From: Candidatus Latescibacterota bacterium
GTDB lineage: Bacteria; Latescibacterota; UBA2968
Assembly (NCBI GenBank): GCA_965116885.1
Contig: OZ220741.1
Coordinates: 2,784,001 to 2,848,000, forward strand
Length of the DNA stretch: 64,000 nt
Reading direction: 5' to 3'
Program-made: the position numbers and the translations under genes
Part shown: piece after piece, positions 49,352 to 58,379 of the stretch
Layout: the number at the start of each line of letters is the position of its first letter
Position numbering within the stretch: position 1 is the first letter of the stretch
The notes under the pieces: model-generated
Told to the model about the DNA's origin: nothing
Database searches by the model: none
What the model saw: only the letters and a program-made list of their open reading frames with translations

Positions 49352-50404
49352 ATGACAACTCAAGCAGAACGATCTTACGCGCTTAAAGCTGTGCCGGGAT
49401 TTTATTCGTCTTATTCGGGTATTCAGATTGCGGCGCAGACGTCGGATAATGCGAGCGATGAAGATTTGCAATTTATGCAACAACTCGGCGTGGAATGGAT
49501 GATGGTCGGCGTTGACGACCAGGAGAACCAGAATGCCGATTATTATAAGGCTTTGAAAGACAGGTTTTCAAAATACGGTTTGCAGATTTATCGCATTGCC
49601 AATCGCAGTGTACACAATATGCCCGAAGTGACCCTGAATTTGCCGGGGCGCGATGAGAAGGTCGAGGAATTTATCACTTTTATTCGCAATCTGGGAGAGG
49701 CGGGTATTCCGTACAATACGTATGCACACATGGGCAATGGAATTTGGAGTTCGGGACGCATAACGCGGCGTGGGGGCATGGATGCGCGGACGCTCGATAT
49801 CGAGAATGCCACAGGGCATTGGGACGGTCAGATTTTTGAGGGCGAATTGACACATGGGCGGGTTTATAGCGAAGACGAGCTTTGGGAAAATTACGAGTAC
49901 ATGATTCGCAAGGTCGCGCCCGTTGCCGAGGAATCGGGTGTTTATATCGGCATTCATCCCGATGATCCTCCGGTGTATCCTCTGGGCGGGATTCCGCGCT
50001 GTATGTTTGGCAATTTTAAGGGGTACAAGCAGGCGATGGATATTGCGGATAGTCCAAATATCGGGGTTTGTTTGTGCGTGGGGTGCTGGCTCGAAGGGGG
50101 TAAAGAAGGCATGGGTGTGGATGTGATTGAGGCCATTCACTATTTTGCCAGCCGCAAGAAGTTGTTTAAGGTGCATTTTCGCAATGTTTCAAATCCGATG
50201 CCCGAGCCGTGGGCAGAGACTTTGATGGACGATGGGTACCAGGATATGCATGCGGTGATGAAAGCACTGCGGGAGGTGGAATTTGACGGGGCGATTATCC
50301 CCGATCATATCCCGCAGATCCTGGGAGGCCGTCGCGCTGGGGTGGCGTATTCGATTGCCTATATGCGCGCGCTGGTTCAAGCTGTGAATAACGAAGCGGG
50401 TTGA
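49352..50404 (+). CDS. Mannonate dehydratase-like (UxuA family)
   Basis: IHPDDPP, VHFRNV, IPDHIP; AAGGAG RBS. Confidence 0.8.
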   Translation: MTTQAERSYALKAVPGFYSSYSGIQIAAQTSDNASDEDLQFMQQLGVEWMMVGVDDQENQNADYYKALKDRFSKYGLQIYRIANRSVHNMPEVTLNLPGRDEKVEEFITFIRNLGEAGIPYNTYAHMGNGIWSSGRITRRGGMDARTLDIENATGHWDGQIFEGELTHGRVYSEDELWENYEYMIRKVAPVAEESGVYIGIHPDDPPVYPLGGIPRCMFGNFKGYKQAMDIADSPNIGVCLCVGCWLEGGKEGMGVDVIEAIHYFASRKKLFKVHFRNVSNPMPEPWAETLMDDGYQDMHAVMKALREVEFDGAIIPDHIPQILGGRRAGVAYSIAYMRALVQAVNNEAG

Positions 50405-50410
50405 TAGGGA

Positions 50411-51871
50411 TTACGGTCCACGTTTTCCTGTCGCGATGATTGTACCGGCGGGCAATAAGGTGTCAGGTCGGTTTGGCAGGTCGTCGCCGATGCTGTGCAG
50501 CCAGGTCATGAGTCGATCGCGCAGATCGTTTTCTATGGTTGATATGTGGGGTAGCCCACTCAGGTTTTTCATTTCGTGTGGGTCGGTTTGCAGGTCGTAA
50601 AATTCGTCGATGTCTTGCGGATTCCACACGTATTTGTATCGTTCGTTGCGAATGGCGCGCACTTCAAAGCTATAACCGTTATAGCGATAGTAGGTGCCAT
50701 AGGCAATTTGCGGCCAGTCTGTGGGACGGCTTTGCGTACCGACGAGTGGGAGAAGGTTGCGTCCCTCGCGTGGTTGGTCAGGGGATGATTCGGCGCGGAT
50801 GAGAGAGAAGAGGGTTTCGCCGATGTCGAGCAATGAGACATAGGCGTCCTGGGTTGCAGGCGGTGTGTCGGGCGCGCGGATGATGAGTGGGATGCGCCAG
50901 ACTTCTTCGTAAAAATAAGCCCCTTTGTCAAATCGGTTGTGCGCGCCTTCCATGTCGCCGTGGTCAGATGTGAAGACAACGGTTGTTGATTCGGCGAGGT
51001 CGAGGCGGTCTATGGCGTCGAGAATGCGTCCGATGGCTTCATCGACCATTGTGATGTGTGCGTGGGAATAGGCGATAACGGTTTTCCATTCTTCTTCGTC
51101 GAGCGGGGAGGTGTCCATGCAACCCCACCAGGGTGTCGAATGGAAATCGGGGCGTCCCTCGCAGTTGTCGTTCAGGTTTGCAGGCAGTTCGACGCGCGTG
51201 CGGAGTTCCTGGGCGAGTTTGACGTATTCTTCGGGCAGGTGATGCGGAAAGTGTGGCGGTGCAGATGATACGGTGAGAAAGAAGGGTTTGTTTTGGTGGC
51301 TCTTAGCCCACGTTTCGAGAAATTTTACGCCTTTGTTTACGGTGGGGAAGGGTTGGATATTTTCTTTTTGTTGCGGTGAATCTCCCCAAAATGGCGCGCG
51401 TCCTTTGATGAGGTTTTGGGTTTGGTCGGCGTAGCTGGCAACGGTCTTTTCGTAGGTGTGATCATTTGTTTGTGGGTGGTATGGCTTTGAGTGTATTTCG
51501 ATATTGGGATCAAAGCCATGTGCGCCGCGTTTTTCAGGGTTGATATGCCCGAGGTGCCACTTGCCGTAGTAACCGACGTGATAGCCGAGGCGCACGGCTT
51601 CGTCAATCCAGGTTTTTTGATCGAGTGGCATGGATTCCTGGAGGGAATAGCCTACGGATTGGTTGTCGTAAACGCCATTTTGATGCGGCCAGCGAGCCGT
51701 GAGCAATGTCCCCCGGGCAGGTGTGCAGAGGGGGCAAGATGTGAAAGCATTTGTGAATACCGTGCCCTGGGATGACAGGCGGTCAATATTCGGTGTGGGG
51801 ATGTCGGCACCGAGAAAGCCAAATGCCCATGCAGGCCATTGGTCGGTGAGGATAAATAAGACGTTTTGCAT
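50411..51871 (-). CDS. Formylglycine-dependent sulfatase
   Basis: LTDQ, CTPAR, GKWH, PHFPH, SDHG, YDLQTDPHE. Confidence 0.92.
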   Translation of the reverse strand: MQNVLFILTDQWPAWAFGFLGADIPTPNIDRLSSQGTVFTNAFTSCPLCTPARGTLLTARWPHQNGVYDNQSVGYSLQESMPLDQKTWIDEAVRLGYHVGYYGKWHLGHINPEKRGAHGFDPNIEIHSKPYHPQTNDHTYEKTVASYADQTQNLIKGRAPFWGDSPQQKENIQPFPTVNKGVKFLETWAKSHQNKPFFLTVSSAPPHFPHHLPEEYVKLAQELRTRVELPANLNDNCEGRPDFHSTPWWGCMDTSPLDEEEWKTVIAYSHAHITMVDEAIGRILDAIDRLDLAESTTVVFTSDHGDMEGAHNRFDKGAYFYEEVWRIPLIIRAPDTPPATQDAYVSLLDIGETLFSLIRAESSPDQPREGRNLLPLVGTQSRPTDWPQIAYGTYYRYNGYSFEVRAIRNERYKYVWNPQDIDEFYDLQTDPHEMKNLSGLPHISTIENDLRDRLMTWLHSIGDDLPNRPDTLLPAGTIIATGKRGP

Positions 51872-51887
51872 GATCAGAAGCCTTTCT

Positions 51888-51924
51888 TCTGCGTTTATCT
51901 GCGTTTATCTGCGTTCATCTGCGG
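51888..51924. repeat. Decamer tandem array
   Basis: TCTGCGTTTA TCTGCGTTTA TCTGCGTTCA TCTGCGG. Confidence 0.85.
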
Positions 51925-52105
51925 ATAGTGCTTTTGAATAATAAACCGATCTTTGCGGTATTTCGCAATCTCAGATTTGCCCTTGATAGATGCACATATA
52001 GTCACTATATTATAGCACTTCTTATTCTCCTCCCCTGAGCAGTTTTTCCTTCCCCACATGTCTTTTCTGCTATCTTCACCTTCCAAACAAGGGTAGGAAT
52101 ATATT

Positions 52106-53986
52106 ATGGCAACGGCAATAAAATCGCGCACTTCCAACGCTACGCAACTCGATTTGCTCTCGCAACCGAGGACCACTGGTAAAGCCAATGGCAAGAGCAA
52201 TGGTGCTCATAATTACGACGAGAGTAAGATTAAAACCCTTTCTTCGCTTGAGCATATTCGGTTGCGTACGGGTATGTACATTGGGCGGCTCGGATCGGGT
52301 GCTGATCCCGATGATGGGATATACGTTTTGCTCAAAGAGGTTGTCGATAATGCCGTCGATGAATTTATTTCGGGTTTTGGCACAAAAATTGATGTGACTA
52401 TTGAGGCCAATCACGTCAGTGTGCGCGACTATGGGCGCGGCGTTCCGCTCGGCAAAATTGTCGAGTGCGTTTCTGTGATCAATACCGGTGCCAAATACAA
52501 CGATGATGTTTTCCAATTTAGCGTGGGTCTCAATGGCGTGGGTAGCAAAGCGGTCAACGCGCTTTCTACGGATTTTCGCGTGGTGGCCTATCGCGATGGC
52601 AAGTACGCCGAAGCCCGTTTTACGCGTGGGAAACTCATTGGCGAAAAAAAGGGGCGGACTCGGGAACCAGATGGCTCCCTTTTTGAGTTCACGCCCGATT
52701 CTGAGATTTTTGACGAATACGATTACAATTTCGAATACGTCGAGCGCCGCATGTGGAACTACGCCTGTCTCAATAGCGGTCTCTCGCTCGTTTTTAACAA
52801 ACAGAAATTCGTCTCAAGGCGCGGCTTGCTCGATTTTCTCAGCCGAGAGGTCGATGATTCGGCGCTTTATGAACCTGCGTATTACAAGGGGCAATATCTC
52901 GAATTTGCATTTACCCATACGTCCAATTATGGGGAAAACTATTTTTCTTTTGTCAATGGGCAATACACCATTGACGGGGGCACGCATCAAAGTGCTTTTC
53001 GAGAGGGCATTTTGAAAGGCGTCAATGAGTTTTACAAGAAGAATTACAGCGGTGTGGATGTGCGGGAATCCATCAATGGCGCCGTTGCGGTCAAGCTCAA
53101 AGAACCCGTTTTTGAGTCGCAAACAAAAAACAAACTCGGCAATACCGAAGTGCGCTCGTGGATTGTTTCTGAAACGCGCAGTGCGGTGGTTGATTTTTTG
53201 CACAAGAATACCACGGCGGCGCAAAAACTCCAGGAGAAGATCAACCACAATGAGCGCCTGCGCAGAGAACTCAACGATGTTAAGAAAAAGGCAAAAGAAG
53301 TCGCCCGCAAGGTTTCCATCAAAATTCCGCATTTCAAGGATTGTAAATATCACAAGGGCGATAAAAAAGGCGGCGATGAATCTACTATTTTTATTACCGA
53401 AGGTCCATCTGCTGCCGGGTCTATGGTTGCCGCGCGGGATGTGGAGACCCAGGCTATTTTCGGTTTGAAGGGCGTGCCTCTCAATGTGTTTGGGAAAACA
53501 AAAGCCGCGATTTACAAGAATGAAGAGCTCTACAATCTCATGACGGCTTTGGGCATTGAAGACAGTGTTGAAAATCTCCGTTTTAACAATGTGGTTATTG
53601 CCACTGATGCGGATTACGATGGTTTCCACATCCGCAACCTGCTGATGACTTTTTTCCTCAATTATTTTGAAGAACTCGTCACTTCTGGTCATGTCTATAT
53701 TCTGGAGACGCCAATTTTTCGGGTTCGCAATAGCCGCGAGACGCGCTATTGTTATAGCGAGAAAGAACGCAATCAGGCTGTTGCCGATTTGCGAAATCCC
53801 GAGGTTACGCGCTTCAAGGGGTTGGGGGAGATCTCTCCCGGTGAGTTTGGGCAGTTTATCGGAGAGGACATGCGCCTGATCAAAGTTGGGGTGCGCTCGC
53901 TCGTCGAGGTTCCAACGACCCTTGAATTTTACATGGGCAAGAATACGCCTGATCGCAGAGACTATATTGTAGAGCATTTGATTTAG
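52106..53986 (+). CDS. parE: DNA topoisomerase IV subunit B (Bacteroidota/Chlamydia-like type)
   Basis: HIRLRTGMYIG, EVVDNAVDE, GLNGVG, TEGPSA, ATDADYDG, RFKGLGE. Confidence 0.9.
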   Translation: MATAIKSRTSNATQLDLLSQPRTTGKANGKSNGAHNYDESKIKTLSSLEHIRLRTGMYIGRLGSGADPDDGIYVLLKEVVDNAVDEFISGFGTKIDVTIEANHVSVRDYGRGVPLGKIVECVSVINTGAKYNDDVFQFSVGLNGVGSKAVNALSTDFRVVAYRDGKYAEARFTRGKLIGEKKGRTREPDGSLFEFTPDSEIFDEYDYNFEYVERRMWNYACLNSGLSLVFNKQKFVSRRGLLDFLSREVDDSALYEPAYYKGQYLEFAFTHTSNYGENYFSFVNGQYTIDGGTHQSAFREGILKGVNEFYKKNYSGVDVRESINGAVAVKLKEPVFESQTKNKLGNTEVRSWIVSETRSAVVDFLHKNTTAAQKLQEKINHNERLRRELNDVKKKAKEVARKVSIKIPHFKDCKYHKGDKKGGDESTIFITEGPSAAGSMVAARDVETQAIFGLKGVPLNVFGKTKAAIYKNEELYNLMTALGIEDSVENLRFNNVVIATDADYDGFHIRNLLMTFFLNYFEELVTSGHVYILETPIFRVRNSRETRYCYSEKERNQAVADLRNPEVTRFKGLGEISPGEFGQFIGEDMRLIKVGVRSLVEVPTTLEFYMGKNTPDRRDYIVEHLI

Positions 53987-53997
53987 AGGAATGAATA

Positions 53998-55899
53998 ATG
54001 GCTTATATCGACAAGTTATTTGACCAATATTTTTTGGAACACGCTTCTTATGTCGTGAAAGATAGGGCGATTCCCGACATTGACGATGGGTTCAAGCCCG
54101 TACAGCGCCGCATTTTACACGCGCTCAAAGAGCAGGACGATGGAAAATTTCACAAGGTCGCCAATGTCGTGGGGCAGACGATGAAATATCACCCCCACGG
54201 CGATCAGTCGATTTACGGCGCGCTGGTTCATCTGGCGAACAAAGACCTGTTCATCGATAAACAGGGCAATTTTGGCAATATTTATACCGGCGATGAAGCC
54301 TCGGCTGCGCGCTATATCGAATGCCGATTGACCCCGCTCGCGAAGGATGTGCTCTTTAATCCGGAAATTACCGAGTATATTGAATCCTACGATGGACGCA
54401 ATAGCGAACCCATTGTTTTTCCAGCGAAGATTCCCGTGCTTCTCGCGCAGGGTACCGAAGGTATTGCGCCGGGCATGACCACGCGGGTGTTGTCCCACAA
54501 TTTGATCGAATTGTTGCAGGCGCAAATTGCCTATCTCCAGGGGGAGGATTTTCAGGTCTTTCCCGATTTTGCGACGGGTGGTTTTGTCGATGTTACCGAA
54601 TATGCAGACGGCAATGGCAAAGTGCTCGTGCGTGCCAAACTCGATACCAAAAATTCCAAGCGCATTGTCGTGCGCGAATTGCCTTTTGGCTCTACGTCTG
54701 ACTCTCTCATCGCCTCAATTGAAGGTGCAGCCCGGAAAAACAAGCTCAAAATCGCGGGTATTAGCGATTATACAGGTGAGGAAGTCGAGATTGAAATTCG
54801 CCTTGCCCGGGGCGTGCATACCAAAGATACGGTGGATGCGCTTTACGCTTTTACCGACTGCGAACAATCTATCAGTGTCAGTGCTCTCGTTATTAAGGAC
54901 AATCGTCCCCATATCGCCACGGTGAGCGATATTCTCAAACACAATGCCGACCGATTGGTCGATATTCTCATGGCAGAGCTTAAAATAGAGCAGAGCCAGG
55001 TGCGCGATAAGTTGCACGCCAGAACCCTCGAACAGGTTTTTATTGAGAATCGCGTTTATAAAGAGATTGAGGATGTCGCCGATTCCAGTGCAATTCACGA
55101 GGCGATACGCAAGGGTTTGGAGCCTTTTCTCGGTACAATCAGGCGCAAGGTCACGCGAGAAGATCTCGATACGCTTTTACAAATTCCCATTCGGCGCATT
55201 TCGCTGTACGATATCACGAAAGCGAAAAGAGAGATGCGCGAGATGCGCGCGCGGCTCAGAGAGATTAAGGCCAATCTCGACAATATCACGGGCTTTACCA
55301 TTGATTTTCTGGAATATCTGATTGATGAATACAAGGACCAGTATCCTCGCCGTACTGAGGTCACTTCTTTTGATCAGGTGGATGCACGCGAAGTGGCACA
55401 GCGCAATCTCAAGTTGCGCTATGATAAGAAGACGGGTTATCTGGGGTATGATGTCAACGGCAGCACGCTTATGGATGTGTCGCAATACGACCGCGTGCTC
55501 GTGATTCGCAAAAATGGCACTTATTCTCTGCACGAGGCACCCGACCGTCTCTTTGTGGATAAGGGTATGCTATTTTGCGATTTTGTCGATTCCGAACGGG
55601 TGTACACGGTTATCTACCGGGATAAGAAGACCAATTATCCCTGTATCAAACGCTGTAAGCTGGATACATTTATTCTGAATAGGGGATATGAACTCGTGCC
55701 GCCGGGATGCCGCTTGCTCAAGCTCACAACCGACCGCGATGTCGAGGTTCACGTATCCTATAAACCCAAACCCCGCCTGCGTATTCTCAATGAAGAATTT
55801 GCTATCGAAGATTATGCGGTTCGCGGCAAGACCGCCAAAGGCATGCGCTTGGCAGCGCGTGAGGTCAGAAGCGCTAAATTTGTGAAGCCTAAAGTTTGA
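53998..55899 (+). CDS. parC: DNA topoisomerase IV subunit A, short CTD without a GyrA box
   Basis: RAIPDIDDGFKPVQRR, YHPHGD, AARYIE. Confidence 0.9.
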   Translation: MAYIDKLFDQYFLEHASYVVKDRAIPDIDDGFKPVQRRILHALKEQDDGKFHKVANVVGQTMKYHPHGDQSIYGALVHLANKDLFIDKQGNFGNIYTGDEASAARYIECRLTPLAKDVLFNPEITEYIESYDGRNSEPIVFPAKIPVLLAQGTEGIAPGMTTRVLSHNLIELLQAQIAYLQGEDFQVFPDFATGGFVDVTEYADGNGKVLVRAKLDTKNSKRIVVRELPFGSTSDSLIASIEGAARKNKLKIAGISDYTGEEVEIEIRLARGVHTKDTVDALYAFTDCEQSISVSALVIKDNRPHIATVSDILKHNADRLVDILMAELKIEQSQVRDKLHARTLEQVFIENRVYKEIEDVADSSAIHEAIRKGLEPFLGTIRRKVTREDLDTLLQIPIRRISLYDITKAKREMREMRARLREIKANLDNITGFTIDFLEYLIDEYKDQYPRRTEVTSFDQVDAREVAQRNLKLRYDKKTGYLGYDVNGSTLMDVSQYDRVLVIRKNGTYSLHEAPDRLFVDKGMLFCDFVDSERVYTVIYRDKKTNYPCIKRCKLDTFILNRGYELVPPGCRLLKLTTDRDVEVHVSYKPKPRLRILNEEFAIEDYAVRGKTAKGMRLAAREVRSAKFVKPKV

Positions 55900-55961
55900 T
55901 ATAAAACAACATGATGGGTTGGATACAGATGGACTCTGATTGATTAAAAGGATTCTGTGTT

Positions 55962-56609
55962 ATGCCGAAGTTTCTTGTCATTGGTCGGTATGTATTTTTC
56001 ATCTACTCTGCTGATGAGGTGGAGCGCGCACATATTCATGTGCGAGTCAGAGCATCGGCATTTCCTACGGCGAAGTTCTGGTTGGTTCCGGTTGTCGAGT
56101 TAGCATATAACAATGGTTTTAAGCGTAAAGAAATTTCAGATATCAGAAAATTGGCTGTGAAACACGCGCAAGAATTGTTGACAAAATGGAACGCAGAGTT
56201 TAATCAGAATCAAGCAATGGATAACGGCGAAATACGTGAAGCACTCCTGCGCGGTTATGATAAAGTGCGTTGGTTGGATGAGGCAAAGCGTTTGAAATCC
56301 CATCGTCCGTCTATTTTGGATATTCGATTCGATGAGTCACACATGCATGTTTATCTTGATGACGATCGAGGTATCTCTGTACCGTTACGGTGGTATCCGC
56401 GTTTGTACTTCGGCTCGCCCGAAGATCGGGCGGATTGGGAACTGTGGTGTCACGAAAGCGAAGATGTGTATGATGTGATTGCCTGGGAAACCCTGGATGA
56501 ACACATACGTCTTGAAAGTTTGTTGGCAGGACGAGCGAGCCGTGAAAGTGTAACATCTATACGTCGATGGTTAAAAGGGGAAAGATTGTACGAAGTATAT
56601 GATGAATAA
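55962..56609 (+). CDS. Fused DUF4160-DUF2442 protein (putative toxin-antitoxin fusion)
   Basis: N-half FFIYSADE..HIHV..AKFWL; C-half SVPLRWYPRL..W..LDEHI. Confidence 0.75.
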   Translation: MPKFLVIGRYVFFIYSADEVERAHIHVRVRASAFPTAKFWLVPVVELAYNNGFKRKEISDIRKLAVKHAQELLTKWNAEFNQNQAMDNGEIREALLRGYDKVRWLDEAKRLKSHRPSILDIRFDESHMHVYLDDDRGISVPLRWYPRLYFGSPEDRADWELWCHESEDVYDVIAWETLDEHIRLESLLAGRASRESVTSIRRWLKGERLYEVYDE

Positions 56610-56626
56610 TGTACTTGCGAGAAGGG

Positions 56627-56827
56627 TTAATGAGTAAAATGAATTTGAATTTCCCTTTGTATTTCGGGATCAGCAGCCATTTCGCTTAACTGTGCATCAC
56701 CGTCTGTTTTATCAGAGATATTTTCTCTTATTCGGTGGCTTACGCGCTCAATAAGGAGCAATTGCTCATCTAAGGACAACCGACTGATATTTTCTTCTAA
56801 TTCAGAAAGAAGGGATGGTGCAGACAT
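56627..56827 (-). CDS. Small helical hypothetical protein (antitoxin-like)
   Basis: LSLDEQLLLIERV pattern; AAGGAG RBS. Confidence 0.6.
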   Translation of the reverse strand: MSAPSLLSELEENISRLSLDEQLLLIERVSHRIRENISDKTDGDAQLSEMAADPEIQREIQIHFTH

Positions 56828-56840
56828 GGTTGTTCTCCTT

Positions 56841-56886
56841 AAATCATCCCGCTCAAAATGGGCGCGGATGATTTTTCTTTTTTCTC
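56841..56886 (+). terminator. Intrinsic terminator-like hairpin
   Basis: AAATCATCCCGCTCA-AAA-TGGGCGCGGATGATTT followed by a T-rich tract. Confidence 0.6.
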
Positions 56887-56988
56887 TTCAAATTGTCTAT
56901 TAACTTCCTGACCTACACGGCGACATGAAGTATAGAAAGAATTTTGAAAAAAACAAGGCCAGATGTCCTTTTAAACTGGAGAACCTCA

Positions 56989-58320
56989 ATGAGCAGTGCT
57001 GCATCTGTTGATTTGCGCGAAGTTCGCAAGCAGGATTTGGATTACGTATGGCATCCTTTGATGCAATATGAGGGTAAGAGCGAAGATGATTTGCTCGTTA
57101 TTGTGTCGGCAGATGGGTGTGAGGTTACGGATTCGGATGGGAAAACGTATCTCGATGCGTATGGCGGGATATGGAATGTCAATGTGGGGTATGGGCGGGA
57201 TGAGATTGTCGAAGCTGTGTATGAACAGATGAAGACACTTCCTTTTTATCCCATGACGCAGATCAATGTGCCCGCGGCGCAACTCGCTGCGCGGTTGGCC
57301 GAATTGTCACCGGGCGATCTCAATCATTTCTTTTTTGTGAATAGTGGTTCAGAGGCTAATGAAACCGCTATTAAAGTTGCGCGACAGTACGGCCGGGCGA
57401 CGCATCCGGGCGAAAGTCGCTTTAAAATTATCTGCCGGTATAAGGGCTATCACGGCTTTACGATGGGGGCCATGTCTGCGACTGGTCAGGTGAGACGACG
57501 CGCACCGTTTGAACCCCTGGCGCCGGGATTTATTCACGTTGAGTTGCCCACTGCCGATGCCCACGGGGCGGATGAGATCGCGCGGGTTATCGAACGCGAG
57601 GGTCCCGATACGGTCGCTGCTGTCCTTGCGGAACCCGTTGTCGGTGGCGGTGGCGTGCATGTCCCGCCAGACGATTATTTTCCCGCTCTGCGCGATGTGT
57701 GCGACCACTATGGTTGTTTGCTGATGTTTGACGAGGTGATTACTGGGTTTGGACGCACCGGGAAATTGTTCGCTGCCGAGCACTGGGGTGTTGTGCCCGA
57801 TGTGATGACGATTGCCAAGGGCGTGTCGAGCGGGTACCTGCCGCTGGGTGCATGTGCTGTTACCGAAAAGGTCTGGTCGGCATTTTTGGGAGGGGCGGAT
57901 GAGGGAAAAGAATTTGCTCAGGTTTCCACGTATGGCGGACATCCGGCATGTTGTGTTGCTGCGCTGGCAAATCTCGAGATTCTGACCCGGGAACGGCTGT
58001 GGGAAAATTCGGAGACTGTCGGTGCGTACTTGTTGACGCGGCTCAAAGATATGTCATCGCCTCTGATCAAAGAAGTTAGAGGTCTGGGGCTTATGCTCGC
58101 GGTTGAGCTTCAAAACGAAGACGGGTCGGAATTGGATAGCGAGAGGACAAACAAGTTTGGTGGCGCGCTTCGAGACGCGGGCGTGATTACCGGGAAGATG
58201 AGTCATGTTATGGTCGGGTCTGAGCCTGTTTTTACACTGGCACCGCCCTTGATTCTTACGGAGGAGCAAGCCGACCGAATAGCAGGTGCGTTTGTGACTG
58301 CGCTGCGGGCTATAAGTTGA
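56989..58320 (+). CDS. Class-III PLP aminotransferase
   Basis: NSGSEANE, YHG, DEVITGFGRTG, IAKG, TYGGHP. Confidence 0.93.
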   Translation: MSSAASVDLREVRKQDLDYVWHPLMQYEGKSEDDLLVIVSADGCEVTDSDGKTYLDAYGGIWNVNVGYGRDEIVEAVYEQMKTLPFYPMTQINVPAAQLAARLAELSPGDLNHFFFVNSGSEANETAIKVARQYGRATHPGESRFKIICRYKGYHGFTMGAMSATGQVRRRAPFEPLAPGFIHVELPTADAHGADEIARVIEREGPDTVAAVLAEPVVGGGGVHVPPDDYFPALRDVCDHYGCLLMFDEVITGFGRTGKLFAAEHWGVVPDVMTIAKGVSSGYLPLGACAVTEKVWSAFLGGADEGKEFAQVSTYGGHPACCVAALANLEILTRERLWENSETVGAYLLTRLKDMSSPLIKEVRGLGLMLAVELQNEDGSELDSERTNKFGGALRDAGVITGKMSHVMVGSEPVFTLAPPLILTEEQADRIAGAFVTALRAIS

Positions 58321-58379
58321 GTTGACAAATTCGCGGGCTGTTTAGATTTTTCGCCCCTGCGATCACCACCGGAGTACGC

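Noticed and set aside
52814..53977. 387-aa antisense ORF; likewise 12186-13133 and 28777-29628
   Set aside because: Shadow frames of well-supported genes with no recognisable motifs
58322..58348. TTGACA promoter for the symporter
   Set aside because: The best -10 (TAGATT) is only 15 nt away, so support is weak
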